This document shows positions 1-7,592 of a DNA stretch of 32,000 nt, piece after piece. The position numbers and the translations under genes are program-made. The DNA lies in NCBI GenBank assembly GCA_000025185.1, contig CP001848.1, positions 2,100,001 through 2,132,000 of the forward strand, in the 5' to 3' direction. The notes beneath the pieces were generated by a model. That model had not been told where the DNA came from. It did no database searches and worked only from the letters and a program-made list of their open reading frames with translations. Positions within the stretch are counted from its first letter, which is position 1. Every line of letters begins with the position of its first letter. The stretch comes from Pirellula staleyi DSM 6068 (GTDB lineage Bacteria > Planctomycetota > Planctomycetia > Pirellulales > Pirellulaceae).

Positions 1-231
1 AATGGGAGCACCGCCCCTAGTCAGTTCGAGGCGATCAACAAAGGGTGGGTTTCGATCACGCGTCCTTGGCACTTGCTGACGACCAATTCAGGCTCGGGTT
101 ATCCGCATGCAGCATCGGCCGACAAAGCGAAGCGGATGATGGATGTGCTGGTCGAGCGGCTCGGTGGTTTTCTTTACGATTTGTCGATTGCTCCTCGTGA
201 AGGGCGTTTTCCGTTTGCCGATCACCTGTAG
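1..231 (+). CDS. 3' end of a CDS entering from upstream of the window (76 codons + TAG); product unknown
   Basis: Frame 1 is open from base 1 to TAG at 229-231 (NGSTAPSQFEAINKGWVSITRPWHLL...GYPHAASADKAKRMMDVLVERLGGFLYDL...FADHL*). It is absent from the ORF track only because it has no start in the window. The tail pattern G-Y-P-x-A-A-S-A-D-K-A...VERL is weakly reminiscent of creatininase-family amidohydrolase C-termini (memory-based, unverified). Confidence 0.45.
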   Translation, partial: NGSTAPSQFEAINKGWVSITRPWHLLTTNSGSGYPHAASADKAKRMMDVLVERLGGFLYDLSIAPREGRFPFADHL

Positions 232-318
232 CGCAGCGAGGACGATCTCGGCTACAGTAGTCGGTTCGTTGGTTTGTCCGTGATCGATGGTTTTGATCTT
301 TTGACAGATGAGTGTGCG

Positions 319-1605
319 ATGGTTCCCAGTCGGCGGCCGCAAGGTTTTTCGAATTCCGCAACATCCCCACGTCCGCTGGTTCCAGCGCCAGGGGAAGAGA
401 TTCCAACCGCGCGCGTGAAGAGCGTTGGACGCCATCCCACGATCTATCGCAAACGTGTCGAGGATGTCGATCGTCATGCTAAGCCGGGCGATCTGCTCGC
501 GGTTTACGACCTCGATAATCAAATGATCGGCTACGGTCTGTTCAACCCGCGCAGCGAAATCGCGATCCGGATGATTCGCTTCGAGTATGAGTTGCCCGAC
601 GATCAGTTTTGGGACGAACTGCTCAAAAGTGCCGTCCAGCTGCGCCGCGATGTGCTGAAGCTCGACGAAGTGACCAACAGCTACCGTGTGATTCATGCCG
701 AAGCGGATGGATTGCCGGGACTTGTGGTCGATCGGCATGGGAGTGTCTTGTCGGCTGAAGCGTTCAGCTTGGCGATGTACCAACGTGCGCCAGAAATTCT
801 CGAGCGACTCTCGAAGCTGCTGGGGACCGAGCAAACCATTTTGCGGACCTCCCCTGCCTCGCTCGCACAAGAAGGATTTGAAGCCGAGCCGGTCATCACC
901 GGCACCATGCCTTCGCGCGTGGTGATCGAAGAGTTTGGCACACGCTTCAAGGTCGATTTTGCCGAGGGGCATAAGACTGGATTCTTCTGCGATCAACGCG
1001 AAAATCGGAAGCAACTCGCTAGTTTTTGCAAAGATAAGACAGTGCTCGATCTCTGCTGCTATACCGGCGGATTTGCCGTGCAAGCAAAGAAACTGGGTGG
1101 GGCGAGCGAGGTGATTGGCGTCGATCTCGACGAAGAGCCGCTGAAGCTTGCGAAAGAAAATGCCAACCTCAATCAGGTCCGCTGTCGCTTTGTGCAAGCC
1201 GATGCGTTTGCCTACATGCGCGACATGCAAAGTTCGGGTCGCAAGTTCGATGTCGTGGTGCTCGATCCTCCGAAACTGATTCGCTCGCGCGCTGAAATCG
1301 AAGAGGGAACGCGCAAGCACTTCGCGCTCAACCGTCTGGCGATGCAACTCGTCGCGCCGGGCGGAGTGATGCTCAGCTGCACTTGTGCGGGACTGTTGCC
1401 ACTGAGTGAATTTCTGCAGCTCATCTATGCCGCAGCGCGACAAGCGGGGCCTGAAGTGCTCGCAGCCACAGAGGAGCATAAGGCGCGTTATGCAGCGCGG
1501 CAGGTGCAGATTTTCTCGAAGTCGGGAGCTGCCGCCGATCATCCGGTCGCGACCAATTGCCCCGAAGGGGAATACTTGCAAGCGGTTTGGATGAGGCTGA
1601 TGTAG
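319..1605 (+). CDS. Class I SAM-dependent rRNA methyltransferase, RlmI/YwbD-like (N-terminal PUA-like domain + Rossmann MTase)
   Basis: ORF 274..1605. The PUA-like N-terminus is RHPTIYRKRVEDV...PGDLLAVYDLDNQMIGYGLFNPRSEIAIRMIRF. SAM motif I is VLDLCCYTGGFAVQA and motif IV is VVLDPPK. The start is uncertain: ATG at 319 (MVPSRR) is chosen over TTG at 274. Confidence 0.8.
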   Translation: MVPSRRPQGFSNSATSPRPLVPAPGEEIPTARVKSVGRHPTIYRKRVEDVDRHAKPGDLLAVYDLDNQMIGYGLFNPRSEIAIRMIRFEYELPDDQFWDELLKSAVQLRRDVLKLDEVTNSYRVIHAEADGLPGLVVDRHGSVLSAEAFSLAMYQRAPEILERLSKLLGTEQTILRTSPASLAQEGFEAEPVITGTMPSRVVIEEFGTRFKVDFAEGHKTGFFCDQRENRKQLASFCKDKTVLDLCCYTGGFAVQAKKLGGASEVIGVDLDEEPLKLAKENANLNQVRCRFVQADAFAYMRDMQSSGRKFDVVVLDPPKLIRSRAEIEEGTRKHFALNRLAMQLVAPGGVMLSCTCAGLLPLSEFLQLIYAAARQAGPEVLAATEEHKARYAARQVQIFSKSGAAADHPVATNCPEGEYLQAVWMRLM

Positions 1606-1608
1606 ATC

Positions 1609-2364
1609 GTGAAAAACGTCGTGCAGCCGCGCGTCATTCCGGTGATTGATCTGCTGGGCGGCATTGTTGTACGTGGCGTTGCCGGGCGAAGAAGTGAGTA
1701 TCGACCACTCGAAAGTCAGGTCACGCGCAGCATCGAGCCCGCGATCGTGGCCCGCGATCTGGTGCACGCAACGCGCGCCACCGCGCTCTATGTGGCCGAT
1801 CTCGATGCGATACAAAAAGGCCAGCGCTCGCTGTCGATTTACGAGCAGATGGGGGCCAGCGGCGCGAGGCTGTGGCTCGATGTCGGCATCGCGTCGCGGG
1901 CCGATGCGCTGCGGTTTTGCGCCGAACTTGCCCATTCCGAAATACCGGCCGATTTGGTGATCGGGCTTGAGTCGATCGAAACTGCAGCGAGCTTGGTTGA
2001 ACTCGGCGCGATGGCTCGCGATGAGCTTTCAGGAAGTGCGATCTTCAGCGTCGATATGCGCGCTGGCCAATTGATTTCAGTCGCTGCGGAGCTTGCTAGT
2101 CGCATGCCACTTGAGCTTGCGTCGCTGGCTGTGCGGAGCGGATTCACGCGGATTTTGCTGCTCGATCTGAGCGCTGTTGGTGTGGCCAGCGGAATTCCCA
2201 CGCTTGCGCTCGCGCGGCAATTGCGCGACGCGTGGGGAAGTGCCATCGAGATTATCGTAGGAGGAGGCGTGCGCTCGAGCGATGATCTGCTCGCAGCTTC
2301 GCAAGCTGGCGCTGATGCCGTTTTAGTTGCGAGCGCTATCCACAGCCGCGCAATTCGCTTTTGA
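1609..2364 (+). CDS. HisA/HisF-family (beta/alpha)8-barrel protein, stand-alone paralog
   Basis: GTG start 3 nt after the upstream stop. The N-terminus RVIPVIDLLGGIVVRGVAG and the C-terminal GGGVRSSDDL...GADAVLVASAIH phosphate-binding motif are typical of the HisA/HisF family. No other his genes are nearby. Confidence 0.75.
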   Translation: MKNVVQPRVIPVIDLLGGIVVRGVAGRRSEYRPLESQVTRSIEPAIVARDLVHATRATALYVADLDAIQKGQRSLSIYEQMGASGARLWLDVGIASRADALRFCAELAHSEIPADLVIGLESIETAASLVELGAMARDELSGSAIFSVDMRAGQLISVAAELASRMPLELASLAVRSGFTRILLLDLSAVGVASGIPTLALARQLRDAWGSAIEIIVGGGVRSSDDLLAASQAGADAVLVASAIHSRAIRF

Positions 2365-2407
2365 TCGCGCCTGCTATGGCAAAGCGATTTAGCAAAAAAC
2401 GACCAGC

Positions 2408-2439
2408 GCGATGCGAGTGTTAGAGAACATTCGTATCGC
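2408..2439 (-). terminator. Candidate terminator hairpin between convergent genes
   Basis: GCGATGCGAGTGTT-agag-AACATTCGTATCGC forms a 14-bp stem (two G.U pairs). On the minus strand a T6 run (complement of AAAAAA at 2392-2397) follows, but 8 nt away from the stem. No T-run follows on the plus strand. Confidence 0.35.
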
Positions 2440-2561
2440 ACCGGTCTCACGAAATCCGGGGTTGATAAACCCCTCTCGTCTGTGCTTTTTGCCACCGGGA
2501 TATTCGTAGCTAAAGAGATCCCAGTCACGCAGCACAGTTACTCTTGAGCAATCTCGACTCG

Positions 2562-3041
2562 CTAGTCGCCACAGCCGAGATCGCAGTCGTACGCTTCGAA
2601 AATCAGCTCGCGTTCGGCACGTTCGTGCTCGCGCAGCTGACGATCAAACTGCAGGAACCGGTCGCCAATCCAGATCGTGAGTTCCGCCTCGTGCTCGTCG
2701 TAGAACTTATGTTCCGCTTCGTCGAGCAGATCGCAGAAATTGGCATACAGCTCTTGATGTTCGCTGCGCAAGGCTTCCGCACGCTGCGAAAGTCGAGGGG
2801 CCACTTGTACCGGATCTTCGAAATAGCCGTACGCTTCTTCCAGGGCAAAGTGGAGCGCGAGTTGATCGCGCAGCAGCTCCAGCCGATCGAGCAGCGTACG
2901 ACACATCTGCGGCGCAATCGGACGCGATATGCGATGCCGCAAGTCGTCGAGCAGTTGCCAAAGTTCTTGATGGACTTCTTTGATTTCTTCGAGAAACGCA
3001 GCGTTCACTGTGAGTGTCGCCGTGATAGTTGTCACGTGCAT
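2562..3041 (-). CDS. Hypothetical protein, hemerythrin-like (HHE-type) metal-binding domain candidate
   Basis: ORF 2562..3059. I prefer ATG at 3041 (MHVTTITA) because AAGGAG lies about 8 nt upstream (GGAAGGAGATTGTCATATG on the minus strand). The protein is all-helical in character with repeated His/Glu motifs (HQELW, HFALEE, EHQELY, EHKFYDEHE, EHERAE). Confidence 0.6.
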   Translation of the reverse strand: MHVTTITATLTVNAAFLEEIKEVHQELWQLLDDLRHRISRPIAPQMCRTLLDRLELLRDQLALHFALEEAYGYFEDPVQVAPRLSQRAEALRSEHQELYANFCDLLDEAEHKFYDEHEAELTIWIGDRFLQFDRQLREHERAERELIFEAYDCDLGCGD

Positions 3042-4062
3042 ATGACAATCTCCTTCCAAAAGGGACTACCAGTCGCATCGCTGCTGCGAGCATCTCCGGC
3101 GTCTACGCAGTCGGCCGATGTACTTGGTGCAATGAAGTGGGAGATGCATGCTCGATGAGCCAACTGTCGCGCGAAGGAGTTGTATCCATCGACTCCCTAC
3201 TTCACGTGTAGTGGCTGCTAATCATCGAGCCACTGCTGCGTGAAGCTAGCGCGAACTGTCGAGCAAAACGATCTCGAGTGCTGAAACCTTGCTGAAATAA
3301 AGGGACTCCGCCTCACAAGTTCCACGTCTGCTGAAAACCTTTCCGAAAGATTGCCTAAGATACGGATCTTCAAAACTATCTGCGGCTCCCATGTTATCGA
3401 CGACGAATATGAAGGACGAAACATCGAGCCCGTTCAAACATCGGGGACGAAAACAGCGGTGCTTTGCGGCGTGCTTTCACCCATCCTCAAGCGACGCTTC
3501 TAGTTGACGACAGCGCAGCAGTGAGCGCGATTTCACCAAAGGGGGACTGATGCTGAAGGAACAGAATTGGGAGTTTGCGATACGAATTCAGACTCTCGCA
3601 GCGATCGCTGGCGACCCTGCGGACTGACCGACAATCGAGGGATCTAATCGACTGGTGGGGGTACCAGAATGTGGATACCGGCCCGTCTGTATCGGATGGC
3701 GAGTGACAGAAAAGTGCCTCGTGGCAAGTCACGCCGCCGAATATTCAAATCGGACGAAATTCCCTGAGTTTCCGGGAGATTTCGCCAGTGGCTTCCTGGT
3801 GATTTCGAGCAGTCAAAACATTCCATCACCAAGAGTCATGCTAGGAAGTCGCCCGAGCAGAGTCAAATCTATTCGGCACAAAATTGGACCAAGTTCTTCG
3901 CAAAAAATTAGCCTGATTTTCATCCGCTCCGGATGTACTCGGTGAATATCGCGAAACACCGCAGCGGTGTCGCTCGCGGGGAGTGCTGCGCCCTAATCGA
4001 CTGAACGTTCGACCGGCAGCACGAGACCGAAGTTGGCCTGTGGGCTGGGAAGAGAGCTTGTC

Positions 4063-4689
4063 ATGTTGCGAAGGTCGTGCGTTGCACAGCCGAGGTTGAT
4101 CAACCGCCGCGCTGTGCTAGGAGCCTTGCTGGCTGCTGGCGTTTTGGCAGCCAGTGGTTGTGGCGAATCGGGTGGTCGAGCCCGTGTGCCGGTCCCTCGC
4201 GCCTCGGGTGACGAGGATGTCGAAAGCACTGGCCTGATGGGAGCGATCGAAGGGGTGGCCCGCGATGCAGCCCAGCTTGCCACCGGGGCGCGCGGGAGCA
4301 TCGATCTCACGCTCGATCCGCCGCTGAAACTCGACGTCTGCCGCGCTTTGCGAACTCCTTCTGCTGCAGGACGTAGTGGCACGCTGCAACTCACATCGCA
4401 GCTCGATCCCAAAGAAAAAGAAACCTTTCCGGCGGTGATGGTGTGGGCCGATTTAGGAGAATCGTCGCTCGAGGCACTCGTCGGAAAAACAGTGCCTGCG
4501 ACACTGTTCATTCAGCGCGAGGAAACTTCCGGCACCTGGCATTCGCCTCTCGCCTCTCCGGTGATGTTGCAAGTCGCTGCTGTCGACTCACTCACCGTCA
4601 CGCTGAAGCTCGAAAATATCCCCCTCGCGCGAGCCGATGGCGAAGAGCAAGTCACGATCAACGGCACATTGGTAGGAGCAATTCAATGA
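4063..4689 (+). CDS. Putative lipoprotein (Tat-like RR motif + lipobox), function unknown
   Basis: ATG at 4063 lies within ORF 4033..4689. The N-terminus MLRRSCVAQPRLINRRAVLGALLAAGVLAASGC carries the lipobox L-A-A-S-G-C. The stop overlaps the next start (ATGA at 4686-4689). Confidence 0.7.
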   Translation: MLRRSCVAQPRLINRRAVLGALLAAGVLAASGCGESGGRARVPVPRASGDEDVESTGLMGAIEGVARDAAQLATGARGSIDLTLDPPLKLDVCRALRTPSAAGRSGTLQLTSQLDPKEKETFPAVMVWADLGESSLEALVGKTVPATLFIQREETSGTWHSPLASPVMLQVAAVDSLTVTLKLENIPLARADGEEQVTINGTLVGAIQ

Positions 4690-6698
4690 GCAACACAGTT
4701 GTGATTGACTCCATCGACAGTCGCAGATGCACGCGCGGCACAACAACGAGCCCCCTTCAAGCGTTGCAGTTACCAGCGTCGCTGGCGCGACACTTAGTCC
4801 GCATGCTCACCACCATTCTTTGCGCGTTGTTTGTATTCCTTGCATGGAGCTTGCCAGCCGCAGCGCATCCCTCAACATCCGACCCCGATGCGCCGCTGGT
4901 CGTGCGTAGCGACGAGATCAGCCGCGCGCAAGCTGCTGCTGGCTACGCGCTGGCCAAGTCGATTCGACAAAGCCTCGACGAACTACTCGCAAAGCGAGCC
5001 AACGGAGCACTCGCCTCGGGCGATCTACTGAAAGTGGGGGACATCTATTCGAGCATCGCGACGCTCGGACGAATTGCCACCACACTCACCGCGCGTGGCG
5101 AAGCGGCGGGAGCCGATCTGCAGCAACGTCGGCTCGCCATGACGACCCAAACTCGACTGCTTGCCAAAGAGATCATGAAAGCTCCTGGCTTTCCGATGCA
5201 AACGATCCGAGCAGCCGCAGATCGCACCCTTGCTGAATGCGAGCGTCAGATTCCCGGCATCAAGCAAATGATCAGCGCCGGACAAGTGGAGCAAGCTTCG
5301 ACCCAGCTCGAAATCATCCTCAGCAAGCTTCAGGCTGCGACCATATGGTTCGAGGGAACCAGCGATGGCCCTGCGAAATATCTCTCGCCGTTTGTGGGGC
5401 TGCGTAACGAAACCGACGAACTACTTCAGCAGCACGCAATAGGTTTGCTCGCCAAGCAGCTGACCGATCAGTTGGCGGCAGAGCGTCCGGTGATCGCCGA
5501 CCGTCTCGCCAAAATCGAGCAACTTCCCGCGCTGGTGAAATCGGCCGGGCATGCCGAAATCGCTGGCGTTGGGGGAGATGGCCCGCCGCTTCTGGTAGCG
5601 CTGGCCGACGAACAAGCGGCCATTCAGGTGCTGCTGACACGTGCTATCGCTAAAGCCAATCTGCTCACGATTGCCAAATCCGAAGGGGCCAAGATCGGCG
5701 CCGAACTCGAAGCGCAGCAAAAGGTGCTCGGTGAAAAAACGATCGCGGCCATGAAAGAGCTCTGCGTTGTGATGGTCGAGCGGACCGATGCCGCCGACGG
5801 AGCGAAGTTCTACGACGACCTGATGGCGGCAGCGGGGAAACTCGGACGGCACTACAGCATCGAGGAGATCGATGCGATCATCGCCCCTGCCCTGCCGCCG
5901 CTGCTGGCCAAGTCGACCGGACTCGAAGCCGAGATTCAAAGCTACCAGGCGCGGACCGATGATCTGCTCCGGTGGCGGCACCGCGTCGCAGAAGCGCGTG
6001 GAAAGTATCTCAGCAGCGGTCGCGATAAGCGGATCTCGGGGGTGTTGCTCGAGAACGGTTTGGCCCAAGGTGCCAAGGCCGGGCTCTACGCCACGGCCAA
6101 CCCTGGTCCTAAGAGCATGCAGATTTGCAGCCCCGCGAGCGACATTCTCGCTCGGCTGCGCGCGGACGTTGTGGGCAAACCTTGCACGGTGTTCGACGTG
6201 GTTGGCAGCGGCGCCCCCTCGGGTCGCGTCGTCGGAACGCTCGATGACCGGGTCTACACCCGCATGGCCATATTCGGCTCGACCAAGCTCGATTTGCAGG
6301 TGAGTCAGCTCACCAAAGAGCTCGCTGCGGAAAGCAGCGTCCCACGGACGGTTCGAGCGTCGGTCGCCCTGCAAACAGCCAAGGATCGCTGCTTTTCCCG
6401 TGTCGGGGGACCGATTGAAGAGTGCACGCTCGAATCACTCCTGCCCCGCATGGCGGGACTTTCCGAAGGGGCCGCCTCGATGTTTCGCGTCGGTCCGCTG
6501 GTCGAACCGATCTCCGGCGACCTAGCCGGCCACGTGCTGGTGCGAGTCGATGTCGCCCCGCAATGGGTTCAGCATCTCCATTTCTATACCGAACTGGACG
6601 TCCCTGCCCCGCCAGCCACCCCTGCCGGGGTTCCCGCTCCTGGCACCCCTGCTACGCCCCCTTCGGCGATTGACGAGAACGAACTGAAAGCCGGTTAG
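4686..6698 (+). CDS. Large secreted/membrane-anchored hypothetical protein (670 aa), helix-rich, Pro-rich C-terminal tail
   Basis: The ORF 4443..6698 is trimmed to ATG 4686, which overlaps the upstream TGA and suggests translational coupling. An alternative start is ATG 4803 (MLTTILCALFVFLAWSLPAAAHP, a classic signal peptide). The C-terminus is PAPPATPAGVPAPGTPATPPS. I recognise no family. Confidence 0.7.
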   Translation: MSNTVVIDSIDSRRCTRGTTTSPLQALQLPASLARHLVRMLTTILCALFVFLAWSLPAAAHPSTSDPDAPLVVRSDEISRAQAAAGYALAKSIRQSLDELLAKRANGALASGDLLKVGDIYSSIATLGRIATTLTARGEAAGADLQQRRLAMTTQTRLLAKEIMKAPGFPMQTIRAAADRTLAECERQIPGIKQMISAGQVEQASTQLEIILSKLQAATIWFEGTSDGPAKYLSPFVGLRNETDELLQQHAIGLLAKQLTDQLAAERPVIADRLAKIEQLPALVKSAGHAEIAGVGGDGPPLLVALADEQAAIQVLLTRAIAKANLLTIAKSEGAKIGAELEAQQKVLGEKTIAAMKELCVVMVERTDAADGAKFYDDLMAAAGKLGRHYSIEEIDAIIAPALPPLLAKSTGLEAEIQSYQARTDDLLRWRHRVAEARGKYLSSGRDKRISGVLLENGLAQGAKAGLYATANPGPKSMQICSPASDILARLRADVVGKPCTVFDVVGSGAPSGRVVGTLDDRVYTRMAIFGSTKLDLQVSQLTKELAAESSVPRTVRASVALQTAKDRCFSRVGGPIEECTLESLLPRMAGLSEGAASMFRVGPLVEPISGDLAGHVLVRVDVAPQWVQHLHFYTELDVPAPPATPAGVPAPGTPATPPSAIDENELKAG

Positions 6699-6995
6699 TG
6701 ATTGTAAGTGTTTTCTAAATAATGACTTGCGGTATGGTGCAGTTGGCGTGTGTCTTTTGTCGGATGGCAGCGATTGTCGACAGTTTGCTAGCTCCGACTT
6801 GACGAAGATTTGTTACTTTCGATGATTTTTGGGTGGCCTTCGCGACCTGAAAGCCCCATAATTGGCCCGAAGGTTGTTGAAACAGCGATGGACGATTTCG
6901 TCCACCCTGCTGTCGGGCTGGAATCTGTCGCCGCTCGGTTTCGAGCCCCGGCTGTTCCACTTCGTCGATCGCTTCCCCCTGCTAGATCGTTCGCT

Positions 6996-7487
6996 ATGTC
7001 GCAAGCCACCACGATTCGCGATGCATCCTCCCGCGCTGCTGAAGGCAACGCGACGGATCGTCCTGCTGGTGGTTTTGAACTAGTCGATTTCGCAAAGGTG
7101 GCGGGGGTCGCCTGCCCCTGCGGAGTCGCGCGACGTGGTTTCGCCGATGTGGCCGATTTCCCCGGCACCGTGCACGTCACCGAGATCGCCCTCGACGCCG
7201 CAGCTCACTTCCACAAAACACTCACCGAGACCTACTACTTCCTGGAGTGCGAACCAGGCGCACAAATGCAGCTGGGAAGCGACATCCTGGATGTCCACCC
7301 CGGCCTGTGTGTGATGATTCGACCGGGCACGTTGCACCGCGCGATCGGACGCATGAAAGTGCTGATCATGGTGCTCCCCAAGTTTGATCCGCAAGATGAA
7401 TGGCTCCCCGACGGAAGTTGGGCCGGCCATGCGCATTCGAAGTTGATTCAGCAGAGCCAGCTGAATTCCCCCAACCACGAACATTAG
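6996..7487 (+). CDS. Cupin-domain protein
   Basis: ATG at 6996 lies within ORF 6810..7487. The core GTVHVTEI...AHFHKTLTETYYFLECEPGAQMQLG...VHPGLCVMIRPGTLHRAIG resembles the two-motif cupin_2 beta-barrel. Confidence 0.7.
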   Translation: MSQATTIRDASSRAAEGNATDRPAGGFELVDFAKVAGVACPCGVARRGFADVADFPGTVHVTEIALDAAAHFHKTLTETYYFLECEPGAQMQLGSDILDVHPGLCVMIRPGTLHRAIGRMKVLIMVLPKFDPQDEWLPDGSWAGHAHSKLIQQSQLNSPNHEH

Positions 7488-7592
7488 TGCTGACACGAAC
7501 CACTGAGACAACAAACTCGGGAAACTTAGCGTTCGAAGTTTAGCTTTCCCTCGTACCGCCCCACCCTCCCGCCTCCCGCGCAGGTGCTAGTA

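Noticed and set aside
88-1935. A 615-aa ORF on the minus strand spanning the start of the window.
   Set aside because: It lies antisense to two well-supported plus-strand genes (the RlmI-like gene and the HisA/HisF-like gene). Its composition is Arg/His/Ala-rich with no recognisable motifs. This is the typical long shadow ORF of GC-rich DNA.
3058-3548. AAAGGGACT-like motif recurring at 3062, 3302 and 3543 (240/241-bp spacing), hinting at a 240-bp tandem repeat.
   Set aside because: Only a 6-9 nt core is shared and the flanks do not align, so this is most likely coincidence. It is kept only as a note within the ORF-poor-region finding.
5421-6374. A 317-aa minus-strand ORF. Similar shadow ORFs occur at 20888..21709, 25559..26539, 27175..28026, 27815..28450 and 29832..30797.
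   Set aside because: Each is fully nested antisense to a plus-strand gene that has family-level motifs. None has recognisable domains or a plausible N-terminus.
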